Positions 1 to 7,142 of a DNA stretch of 24,926 nucleotides are shown piece by piece. The notes under the pieces were generated by a model, which was not told the DNA's origin, did no database searches, and was given only the letters and a program-made list of their open reading frames with translations. The stretch is from a virus. Lineage: Duplodnaviria > Caudoviricetes. Every line of letters starts with the position of its first letter. Positions within the stretch are counted from its first letter, which is position 1. Both the position numbers and the translations under genes were made by a program. The stretch spans positions 1 to 24,926 of the IMG/VR virus record IMGVR_UViG_3300032328_000082; one strand, 5' to 3'.

Positions 1-306
1 ACGTGCTCTCCAGCCAGACTTAGGCTCTTTACGAGCCATCTCACACCCAAAGCAACGACCCTCAGACTCCTGAGTACATGCTGCCTTGCGCTTGTAGTCC
101 TTTGGGTTTGTGTGCTCTGAACACACAACCGCTAGACCACGGTCTTCATTGTAGTTTGCTGAGTCTGCATCTAACTCATTAACAAAACGAATCTTTGCTG
201 CTTGTCCGTCTGCTAATTTAACCCAACGAACCTTTGTTCCTGTACCTTCGTATTTTGGCTTGTCGACTAGGGCGTTTATATTTTTTAATCCCTTTACAAT
301 AGTCAT
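1..306 (-). CDS. ssDNA-binding protein, T4 gp32-like (N-terminal part; runs off the window)
   Basis: Not in the ORF track. Hand translation from ATG at 306 (SD AGGAG at 311-315) is open to the window edge: MTIVKGLKNINALVDKPKYEGTGTKVRWVKLADGQAAKIRFVNELD...CSEHTNPKDYKRKAACTQESEGRCFGCEM. The 'KIRF' strand and H...C...CxxC Zn-ligand pattern resemble gp32-type SSBs, and the gene follows the primase. Confidence 0.7.
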   Translation of the reverse strand, partial: MTIVKGLKNINALVDKPKYEGTGTKVRWVKLADGQAAKIRFVNELDADSANYNEDRGLAVVCSEHTNPKDYKRKAACTQESEGRCFGCEMARKEPKSGWRAR

Positions 307-330
307 GTTTCTCCTTATATAAGTGTTTTA

Positions 331-1251
331 TTATTTTAGCATAGAGTCAATAACATTGTCAAACTGAAACTCAAGAGTTCTAATTTCATCATCTGTCATA
401 TCGCCTATGTCTTTATATTTTTTGTCTGGTCTAATAATTGTAACTAAGTTACCCATCTTTTCAGTAAGTCTCTCAGCCATAATCATTCCAGCATTATCAT
501 TGTCTGCTACTAATACGACACCTGTAAAGTACCGTTTCAAAAGTTCAATCTGGCTTGATGAAACATTTGCCCCTAGGGTAGCAACCGCAGGGAAACCTAC
601 TTGATCTAATCTTATAGCATCAAAAGAAGATTCTACAACATAGACTATCTTTGATGCTTTTACTCTGTGAAGATTAAACAATATCTTGCTTTTTGGAAGT
701 CCTGGAGTGTTCTTAAATTCTTTGCCCTCAATTGTTCTTGCAACAAAACCGATAGACATTCCATCTGGAGATTGCATAGGAATAACAACTGAATCCTGTT
801 TTTCAGAAAACCCTAAATCAAATTTTATCACAGATTCTTTTGTAAGTCTACGACCTTCAAAATATGTCATTGCTCTTGGAGAATCTAGTGCTTGTTTATT
901 TAATCTTTTAATAAGCAATTCATCATACTGCACAAAGTCTGGTAACTGATGCAAGGCTTTATTAATAACTGCTTCAATATCTGTTTCTGTTTCTTTGCTC
1001 TTTATAAATCTAACTGTTTCAAAATATGTTCTACTAGTCATATGCATAATTAATTCAATAAGACTTCTAGTTGTTTGGCAACCAAAGCAAAAGAATAGCC
1101 CAGACTCTTTTGAAACTTCTCCTGCTGGAGTTCTATTGTTATTATGATATGGACAAAAAATTATATAATCAGTTCCATACTCAGCCTCAATATCAATTCC
1201 TGCTCCAGTGAGCACCCTGTGTATCTGTTGCGTTGTATATATATTAATCAT
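331..1251 (-). CDS. DnaG-like DNA primase (CHC2 zinc finger + TOPRIM)
   Basis: CPYH...CFGC zinc-binding domain, 'IGFVAR', 'LFNL', TOPRIM 'VVESSFDA', 'VATLG' and DxD 'ADND'. No C-terminal helicase-binding domain. Confidence 0.93.
   Translation of the reverse strand: MINIYTTQQIHRVLTGAGIDIEAEYGTDYIIFCPYHNNNRTPAGEVSKESGLFFCFGCQTTRSLIELIMHMTSRTYFETVRFIKSKETETDIEAVINKALHQLPDFVQYDELLIKRLNKQALDSPRAMTYFEGRRLTKESVIKFDLGFSEKQDSVVIPMQSPDGMSIGFVARTIEGKEFKNTPGLPKSKILFNLHRVKASKIVYVVESSFDAIRLDQVGFPAVATLGANVSSSQIELLKRYFTGVVLVADNDNAGMIMAERLTEKMGNLVTIIRPDKKYKDIGDMTDDEIRTLEFQFDNVIDSMLK
333..341 (-). promoter_or_regulatory. extended -10 promoter candidate (TGCTAAAAT) for the SSB gene
   Basis: TGnTAnnnT match overlapping the last codons of the primase, 26 nt upstream of the SSB ATG. 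The same motif recurs upstream of five other genes. Confidence 0.5.
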
Positions 1252-1975
1252 ATCTTTTTTTAAACCAATAACTATTCTTATAAACTCTTGATAACTTTAA
1301 GTTTACATTGTCAAAACCAATGATAGATCTTTTTATATCAAACTTTTTTAAGTTTGTTTTCCAAGTATCTCTTTTTACTGGTATCACTTGAACAATAGGA
1401 GTACCTTTTTCTATAATTCCTTCAAAACCATACTTGATAAAAAATGGAAACATTATTTCATTTGGATGGCTGTCTGTATCGACAAATGAGTTGATTGTTA
1501 GAAATGGCAGATCATGTCTATGTGAAGGATGTGTAACCCATAGGCTATATCCAGTGGGTGTTTTTATAATCCAGTCTGGATGCCATCTAAACATTTGTGG
1601 ATAATACCCAGTAGGGATTGGATAACCACCTAGAACATCTACATCTTGTGCATCAACTATTACCCAAGAAACACTCCACGTTATGTTTGGAAGATAGCCA
1701 CCATCGTTAGATGTGTTTGTAACCACTATGTCTGCTGGAAGAGTCATCATGTATCCAGAAGAAATAGAATCAACAAGCGGTGTGCATAGTTTAAAAGTTT
1801 TTACAAAATCTGACTTTTTTATTGCCTTCATGTAACTATTTTCATTATTAGAAAATAGTTTTTGTTTTTTAAACCAACTTGGAATATGTAAATATCCTGG
1901 TGTTGGATGATCTGTGAGAAGTTCAGCCTTTTCTGTTGATGCTTGAAAAAATATTGTTTTATTTTTATTCAGCAT
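1244..1975 (-). CDS. hypothetical protein, possible degenerate dUTPase/dCTP-deaminase-like fold (DUF6065-like)
   Basis: 243-aa ORF overlapping both neighbours. 'SFVDTDSH' and 'IEKGTPIVQVIP' echo trimeric dUTPase motifs 3 and 4. The CDS is well supported; the product call is tentative. Confidence 0.5.
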   Translation of the reverse strand: MLNKNKTIFFQASTEKAELLTDHPTPGYLHIPSWFKKQKLFSNNENSYMKAIKKSDFVKTFKLCTPLVDSISSGYMMTLPADIVVTNTSNDGGYLPNITWSVSWVIVDAQDVDVLGGYPIPTGYYPQMFRWHPDWIIKTPTGYSLWVTHPSHRHDLPFLTINSFVDTDSHPNEIMFPFFIKYGFEGIIEKGTPIVQVIPVKRDTWKTNLKKFDIKRSIIGFDNVNLKLSRVYKNSYWFKKRYD

Positions 1976-3198
1976 TATTTGCTATCCTCATAGTCTTTAT
2001 ATCTGTAATAGCCCTTATCAAAGTCTGCCTGTACTAGGAAGTCTCCCATAAAACCATTACGGTTCTTTCTAAATGCACATTCAATAATATCACTATTAGT
2101 ACCGCGGCCAAGTGCTAAAACCCAGTCGGCATCATAAGCAATCTGTCTAGACCATGCAGTTTGTCCCAATGTTGGAACTGTACTTAAATCTTTTACATCA
2201 TCAGGTGTTGCAGATGAAATAGCCATGATAGGAACTTCTTCACTAATAGCCATAAGTTTAAGTTCTCTTGAAAGATTCTTCATTCGTACCGTTTCATTGT
2301 CTGACTTTTGATTTGGACTCATCAACTGCAGATAGTCAACAATAACAAAATCAGGCTTGTACTGATCAATCTTTCCACGAATAACTGATGGAGTTACTTC
2401 TCCACCTTGATCATTTGAAATAATGTGAAAGTGTGGTTTCCCTTGAAGTTTGCTTTCGTGCCATTTCTTTAGCATGTCAAGTTCAATATCTCCATTAGAA
2501 AGTTTTCTATGTGACCAAAGACCTTCACCCATAATAGTAAAAGCACGGTTTCTAACTTCTGTCTCTGACATTTCAAGACTGATGATTAGTGGAGTCTTAC
2601 CCTGCTTCCATGCTTGTACAGCAAAGTACAAAGCAAGCCATGACTTTCCAATACCTGGATAAGCAAGAAACACACCAAGTTGTCCTGGCATAATTCCAGA
2701 AGGCAAGTAGTTATCAAATCCTGGAAGACCAGTTTTAATTCCAATGTGACCTAGTTCTTGTTGTTTTTTTACATTTTCAAAATACGCAATTGCTGAATCA
2801 ATGTCTGTAGCATCAATGTCACGAATTGCAGATGTGTTTTTTTTTAACTCAGAAGTCTTTGTGATTAGTTCTTCTAGGGCTTTTGATCCTTCTCCCTGTT
2901 GAATCTCAGATGCAGCGTTACGAATAATATCTTTTAGGCTGTCATTTAAATATTCTGTTTGTAACTCATCAAGATGATGCTTTGTTGCTCCAATGCCCTC
3001 TGCTGGTGTAAAGTCTCTAAATTTTTCAACAACCAAGGATGTTGGTGGAACAGTTCCATTGGCTTCAGAATAGTTTCTGATAAAGTTCCATACATCGTTA
3101 TGTGTTCTAAGAAGATTTTCAACATTTGCTTGAAGGAGTACGTGTACCTGCTTATCTGATAAAACTGCAGTGATTAATTTTGCTTCTGTATTATTCAC
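1975..3198 (-). CDS. DnaB-like replicative helicase (SF4)
   Basis: 'IKTG', Walker A 'AYPGIGKS', 'ISLEMS', Walker B 'VIVDYLQLM', 'SRELKLMA', 'IAYDAD', 'KNRNG'. GTG start. Confidence 0.95.
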   Translation of the reverse strand: MNNTEAKLITAVLSDKQVHVLLQANVENLLRTHNDVWNFIRNYSEANGTVPPTSLVVEKFRDFTPAEGIGATKHHLDELQTEYLNDSLKDIIRNAASEIQQGEGSKALEELITKTSELKKNTSAIRDIDATDIDSAIAYFENVKKQQELGHIGIKTGLPGFDNYLPSGIMPGQLGVFLAYPGIGKSWLALYFAVQAWKQGKTPLIISLEMSETEVRNRAFTIMGEGLWSHRKLSNGDIELDMLKKWHESKLQGKPHFHIISNDQGGEVTPSVIRGKIDQYKPDFVIVDYLQLMSPNQKSDNETVRMKNLSRELKLMAISEEVPIMAISSATPDDVKDLSTVPTLGQTAWSRQIAYDADWVLALGRGTNSDIIECAFRKNRNGFMGDFLVQADFDKGYYRYKDYEDSK

Positions 3199-3499
3199 TC
3201 AGCCACTCCTTTGCTCTAGCCCTGCGCTCTATTCGCTCTTTGTCATCTTGTTCTTTATCAAGTTTACCATTAAGAATTTTTTCTGCATTGTATGCAAAGA
3301 AATTCCAAGTAGGATCTTGTGCAATACTAAAGTAATAATCTAATAAGTCATAGCAAGAAGGAAGTCCGTAGGATTCAACAAGTGCATCTGATGCCCACTG
3401 CTCAACGTTTAAATTGAGATTAGACTTTTGCTCGTATCTCTGCAAGTAAAGTTTATTGTAGCGACTGAGCAAAGCCATTCGGTCTTTGCGTTCAGCCAC
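3191..3499 (-). CDS. hypothetical protein (helical; candidate helicase loader/accessory)
   Basis: 102-aa ORF with GTG start, overlapping the helicase start by 8 nt. Function is suggested by position only. Confidence 0.55.
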   Translation of the reverse strand: MAERKDRMALLSRYNKLYLQRYEQKSNLNLNVEQWASDALVESYGLPSCYDLLDYYFSIAQDPTWNFFAYNAEKILNGKLDKEQDDKERIERRARAKEWLSE

Positions 3500-3500
3500 T

Positions 3501-3746
3501 TTACTCTGCTACGATCTCGGCTTTTGCTTCGTTTACTTTTTCGATTACTTTATTTTCAACGAATGCATAGATTCTGTCCATTGCTTCGTTTGTAGTTTCA
3601 CCCTCACGAGTGTAATCAACAACACCAAGATCAACTCTTAGTGATTGAAAATTTCCTAGATTAAGTGTGTATCCAAGTGTTGCAGATACCTTTGTGTTTT
3701 GTCTTTCAATAACGTTCTCTGTAATTTCTTCCACCATTGCCTCCAT
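3501..3746 (-). CDS. hypothetical phage protein
   Basis: 81-aa ORF with a TAATG overlap to the upstream gene (the second Met is an alternative start). Contains 'TLNLGNFQSLRVD' followed by a helix. Confidence 0.7.
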   Translation of the reverse strand: MEAMVEEITENVIERQNTKVSATLGYTLNLGNFQSLRVDLGVVDYTREGETTNEAMDRIYAFVENKVIEKVNEAKAEIVAE

Positions 3747-4291
3747 TAATTGATGCTCTCATTCCAAACTGGAATAAATCTACCATCTTCTGTTCTCGTA
3801 TAAACCAGTATACCATCGCCAGTTCTTCGTGTCAACTCCTGACTTGTAGGAGTCATGTTATTAGTTATTAAATTATCTTTTCTTGGTCTTCCAATATGTA
3901 TACTTGCAAGTATATCACGTATCTCTTTTAGTTGCGATTCAGAGTAGTATGCTCTTACTTGCCAATCTCTTACACCGTCTAACTGAGATCCCATTGGTGG
4001 CGGAATCACTCCTCGTTTAATTAACAATGGAATATACTTGCGATGCCTATTGACAAGTCGTGCAGTTTCTGCTACAGTGTATGCTCGTTCTCTATTTTTT
4101 CTAAAGTCAGAACGGAAGCATGTTTCTATTCTATCTTTTGTAATATTGTAAACAGAAACCATTCCTGTTGATCTTGAACTATGATAGAGCCTAACTAAAT
4201 CACCATTAAGAAACCAAATTTTTTTGTTTCCAGTAACTATAGGCTGACTATTGTAGTCTTTGCTCTCAAGTTTTCTTGGTTTAAAATCCAT
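3746..4291 (-). CDS. MerR-like helix-turn-helix DNA-binding protein
   Basis: 'AYTVAETARLVNRHRKYIPLLIKRGVIPPP...RAYYSESQLKEIRDIL' fits the MerR winged-HTH pattern (YTIxExAxxxG...GxIxP...RxYsexdl). Confidence 0.75.
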   Translation of the reverse strand: MDFKPRKLESKDYNSQPIVTGNKKIWFLNGDLVRLYHSSRSTGMVSVYNITKDRIETCFRSDFRKNRERAYTVAETARLVNRHRKYIPLLIKRGVIPPPMGSQLDGVRDWQVRAYYSESQLKEIRDILASIHIGRPRKDNLITNNMTPTSQELTRRTGDGILVYTRTEDGRFIPVWNESIN

Positions 4292-4425
4292 TTACCCTCC
4301 TTGCTATCTGAAGGTGGGTGAAAAAATTTTCTTGAACCACAACAGATGCAATAAGTCTCAATATGTATCTGGCTAGAATATTGTCTATCAACAAACATCT
4401 TGCCATTGCATTTTATGCAATGCAT
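4237..4425 (-). CDS. small zinc-ribbon protein
   Basis: CIKC...CICCG pairs. The likely start is ATG at 4425 (MHCIKC), downstream of a purine-rich AAAGGGG, rather than 4455. Confidence 0.7.
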   Translation of the reverse strand: MHCIKCNGKMFVDRQYSSQIHIETYCICCGSRKFFHPPSDSKEGKWILNQENLRAKTTIVSL

Positions 4426-4438
4426 TACCCAATCCCCT

Positions 4439-4882
4439 TTAGTTTGGAATACCAATAATGATTAGGTGCACTGCTAGAGAAAGATCTCCAGAAGCACCAA
4501 ATCTAACAATGCCTTCTACCCTTGAAGTTGTTACACTTTTTAGGATAACGTTTACATTCTGCCCTGCTGGAGTATTTCCAATATTTACTGCAGTAGCAGA
4601 TGCAATTGGTGCATACTTAAAGTCTGAAGGAAAATCGTAAGAGAATGTTTTCTCGTTACCAGCGCTAACCGTAGAATTATTGGCGACCTCTACGTATCCA
4701 CCTACAACTCTTGCCTCGGATGTTTTGATGCTTTGCTTTCCTGCTGAAATAGTGTCAACAGTAGTATAGTTATATGTTGCTGAAGAAACCTGTGTAGATA
4801 GATCATTAACAGTATCAACTAATTGATATATATATGTTAAATCTAGAGGTTGTCCTCGTTCTGGTAGCGGTACTTTAGCCAT
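4439..4882 (-). CDS. minor tail protein (C-terminal gp53-like/H-type-lectin-like beta domain)
   Basis: Last gene of the tail block. C-terminal 'FSYDFPSDFKYAPIASAT...VILKSVTTS...VHLIIIG' resembles tail-tip beta-sandwich domains. Confidence 0.55.
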   Translation of the reverse strand: MAKVPLPERGQPLDLTYIYQLVDTVNDLSTQVSSATYNYTTVDTISAGKQSIKTSEARVVGGYVEVANNSTVSAGNEKTFSYDFPSDFKYAPIASATAVNIGNTPAGQNVNVILKSVTTSRVEGIVRFGASGDLSLAVHLIIIGIPN

Positions 4883-4891
4883 TATCTCTCC

Positions 4892-4907
4892 ATTATATCA
4901 TTATACA
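4892..4907 (-). promoter_or_regulatory. tandem TATAAT promoter candidate (TGTATAATGATATAAT)
   Basis: Two perfect TATAAT hexamers, the downstream one extended (TGATATAAT, 4892-4900), immediately upstream of GGAGAG and the ATG at 4882. Confidence 0.6.
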
Positions 4908-5431
4908 GTCTGATTGATCATTCTATAAACTTTTAAAAATTGTGTGCCAGCAGCACCGTCTGATCTTTGAATAGGAAAGCCCTTTAGGTATATTTCAATA
5001 CTAAGTCTATTTGGTGCAGATGGTTGTGCAACACCATTAACTGTATAAACAGAAGGAACTGGAATAGATAGGGATGTTGTTAATAATCTTTCTTTATAAA
5101 TCCAGTCACCATCGCCGCCGCCTCTATCCCATCTTACCCAGACATCGTACTCTGATGCCCTTCCAATAGTATAAGTATTTCCACCATCTACTTTTGTAAT
5201 TGTTACAGAATCCCAAACAACTGATGCAATGCTTCCAGCCTTATTAAAAAATATTGCTCCAGGAACAAAAGTTTGATCTGGTTGAATTAAATACACTGGA
5301 GACCAGTGCGAAGTTCTGTTTTTATCTGAAGACACAACTCTGTATCTTAAAGAATATCCCTCTGTTGTGCTGCTTACGGCAGGCAGATCTGTAGCAGGGG
5401 TTCTAAACTTCTTAATTATTTCATTAGCCAT
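4901..5431 (-). CDS. minor tail protein (beta-rich, FN3/Ig-like)
   Basis: 176 aa, in the tail-tip block. 'YSLRYRVVSSDKNRTSHWSP' resembles the end of an FN3-type domain. TAATG-coupled to the upstream gene. Confidence 0.6.
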   Translation of the reverse strand: MANEIIKKFRTPATDLPAVSSTTEGYSLRYRVVSSDKNRTSHWSPVYLIQPDQTFVPGAIFFNKAGSIASVVWDSVTITKVDGGNTYTIGRASEYDVWVRWDRGGGDGDWIYKERLLTTSLSIPVPSVYTVNGVAQPSAPNRLSIEIYLKGFPIQRSDGAAGTQFLKVYRMINQTV

Positions 5432-6582
5432 TACGTAACACCAACAGAAAATCTAAATTCAATATAGTTACTTGTGTTTGGTGATTTAATAATTGTTTCA
5501 GCATCTGTGTTTTTAACAACAGAGTATCCTGTTAGTCCATACAGTGGATTTGTTGTTGCAATATTTTCTAATCTAAGAGCATCTAATGCAATATAGTAGT
5601 TTGCAGATGGGACATCAGAAACTATTGCACAAGCATATATCTTTACTACGGTTACAGCATTCCATGTAAATCCTTGTGTTTGATATAACTCTTGTAGTTG
5701 AGTAGATGCTACATAATATCTGTTAGTTTCAAAGTCATATGTTCCACCAGTACCGCTGCCATTTTCTAACTCAATTTCAAATCTTGCAAATTCTCCAGAA
5801 TTTTCTGCTTCTGTTTCTGCAAAATCTACAAGAATTCGTACCGTATCTGGAACTGATGTTGAGTCTCCGTCTTTGCTAATAATTGAAAATGCAAGACGTA
5901 GTTCATCTATTGGAGAGTTTCTGCTAAAGTTAACATCTGCTCCAGTTAGGTGAATGTGATTTGACCCAGGCTCAATAATAAAATGTCCAGCAGAACTTCC
6001 AGTTGATGGATCAACTGTTAGGTCTGAATCATCTCCTTGTATTAAAATAACATTATTTAAAAATCTTGCACGTTCATATCTTTCAGGTCTTGGTGCTTTA
6101 TAAAATATTGAGTTATCTGCGTTTGTTTGAAACACAGGGTCTGCAGTAGCAATTACGTTATCGTCTAGTGGATCATCTAGTGGCTCAGTAATAGTAGGAA
6201 TAGATGTTGCTGCTACTGCTGTATGATACTGCCAGTTTTCTCCTTGTGTAAAAGCAAAAACTGTTTTGCTATCATATGCTCCAGCAGAGGGGTTAGATCC
6301 TGCTGAATATAAACCAATTTCAGTTATCTCATATCTTTCTTCTGTTGGAAGTTCTGCAGTTAAAACTAATTTTTCTGTTGCACCATCATTAACAAATCCC
6401 CTAGAAGAAATAGGAACACGAAACATCTCAAAGCCTAGGTTTTGTTTTTCAGAGTAATCGCCATATGGATCAGCAGTGGCAAGCGGCTGTGCTCCGCAAC
6501 CAACGGCAATGTATGAAGCATATGCTGGTGCCTGACCAAGCAAATACTTACCAATTATAGATTTTCCAGTGTTAGTTATCAT
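5431..6582 (-). CDS. minor tail / tail-collar-like protein with internal beta-sandwich domain
   Basis: N-terminus 'MITNTGKSII...YIAVGCG...EMFRVPI...LTAELP...ITEIGLYS' resembles the phage tail-collar fibre (DUF3751-like) pattern. Lies in the tail-tip block. Confidence 0.6.
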   Translation of the reverse strand: MITNTGKSIIGKYLLGQAPAYASYIAVGCGAQPLATADPYGDYSEKQNLGFEMFRVPISSRGFVNDGATEKLVLTAELPTEERYEITEIGLYSAGSNPSAGAYDSKTVFAFTQGENWQYHTAVAATSIPTITEPLDDPLDDNVIATADPVFQTNADNSIFYKAPRPERYERARFLNNVILIQGDDSDLTVDPSTGSSAGHFIIEPGSNHIHLTGADVNFSRNSPIDELRLAFSIISKDGDSTSVPDTVRILVDFAETEAENSGEFARFEIELENGSGTGGTYDFETNRYYVASTQLQELYQTQGFTWNAVTVVKIYACAIVSDVPSANYYIALDALRLENIATTNPLYGLTGYSVVKNTDAETIIKSPNTSNYIEFRFSVGVT

Positions 6583-7140
6583 TTAAATGTCCGCCTCATA
6601 TATTGTACCACTTAAGGTAATTTCTACTTCTATTTGTTCATCTGGCTCTAGGTTTACCGCTTCAACTACCAGTTCTCCAGTTTGTGGATCTATGTAAACA
6701 TGCTCTCCATTTGGACCAGTTGGTTCGTTTGGAACTTTGTCGTCAAACTTAATTGAAAAGTTTTGAAAGTATTTATCTGATGTAGACTGAAGACTAACTA
6801 TATTATTAGGATTATATTGTTGCTGAATGGCAGTTAAATTTTTAATAGGTTGATATATTACTGTTTGTCCATTGACAGTATCATTTCTAGCAATGTTAAT
6901 TAATTCCTGCCCTCCAATATTTTCAAATATTAAATCTGACATTATTTCAATTGGTACATTTTCATCATTAAATAAAATTGTATCTATTGGTGCAGTTAAT
7001 ACTGGAGTTACATTGCTAGATGGCACCCCTAGACCAAGTGTGCCTGGTGTCATTGGTGTAGCGGAAACAATATTGCTATTTGCTGTTCCATAGTCATTAA
7101 CTATTTTACCTATTGGAGTAACATTATTACTTTGTGCCAT
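6583..7140 (-). CDS. minor tail protein (unknown function)
   Basis: 185-aa acidic ORF packed between tail genes, with a low-complexity N-terminus. Confidence 0.6.
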   Translation of the reverse strand: MAQSNNVTPIGKIVNDYGTANSNIVSATPMTPGTLGLGVPSSNVTPVLTAPIDTILFNDENVPIEIMSDLIFENIGGQELINIARNDTVNGQTVIYQPIKNLTAIQQQYNPNNIVSLQSTSDKYFQNFSIKFDDKVPNEPTGPNGEHVYIDPQTGELVVEAVNLEPDEQIEVEITLSGTIYEADI

Positions 7141-7142
7141 TT

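Noticed and set aside
1975-3198. Intein or intron in the helicase or primase
   Set aside because: Both have normal lengths and continuous motifs, with no intein termini or endonuclease motifs.
4426-4455. ORF-track start at 4455 for the Zn-ribbon gene
   Set aside because: It overlaps the upstream gene without an SD. ATG at 4425 follows a purine-rich tract and begins at the CxxC motif.
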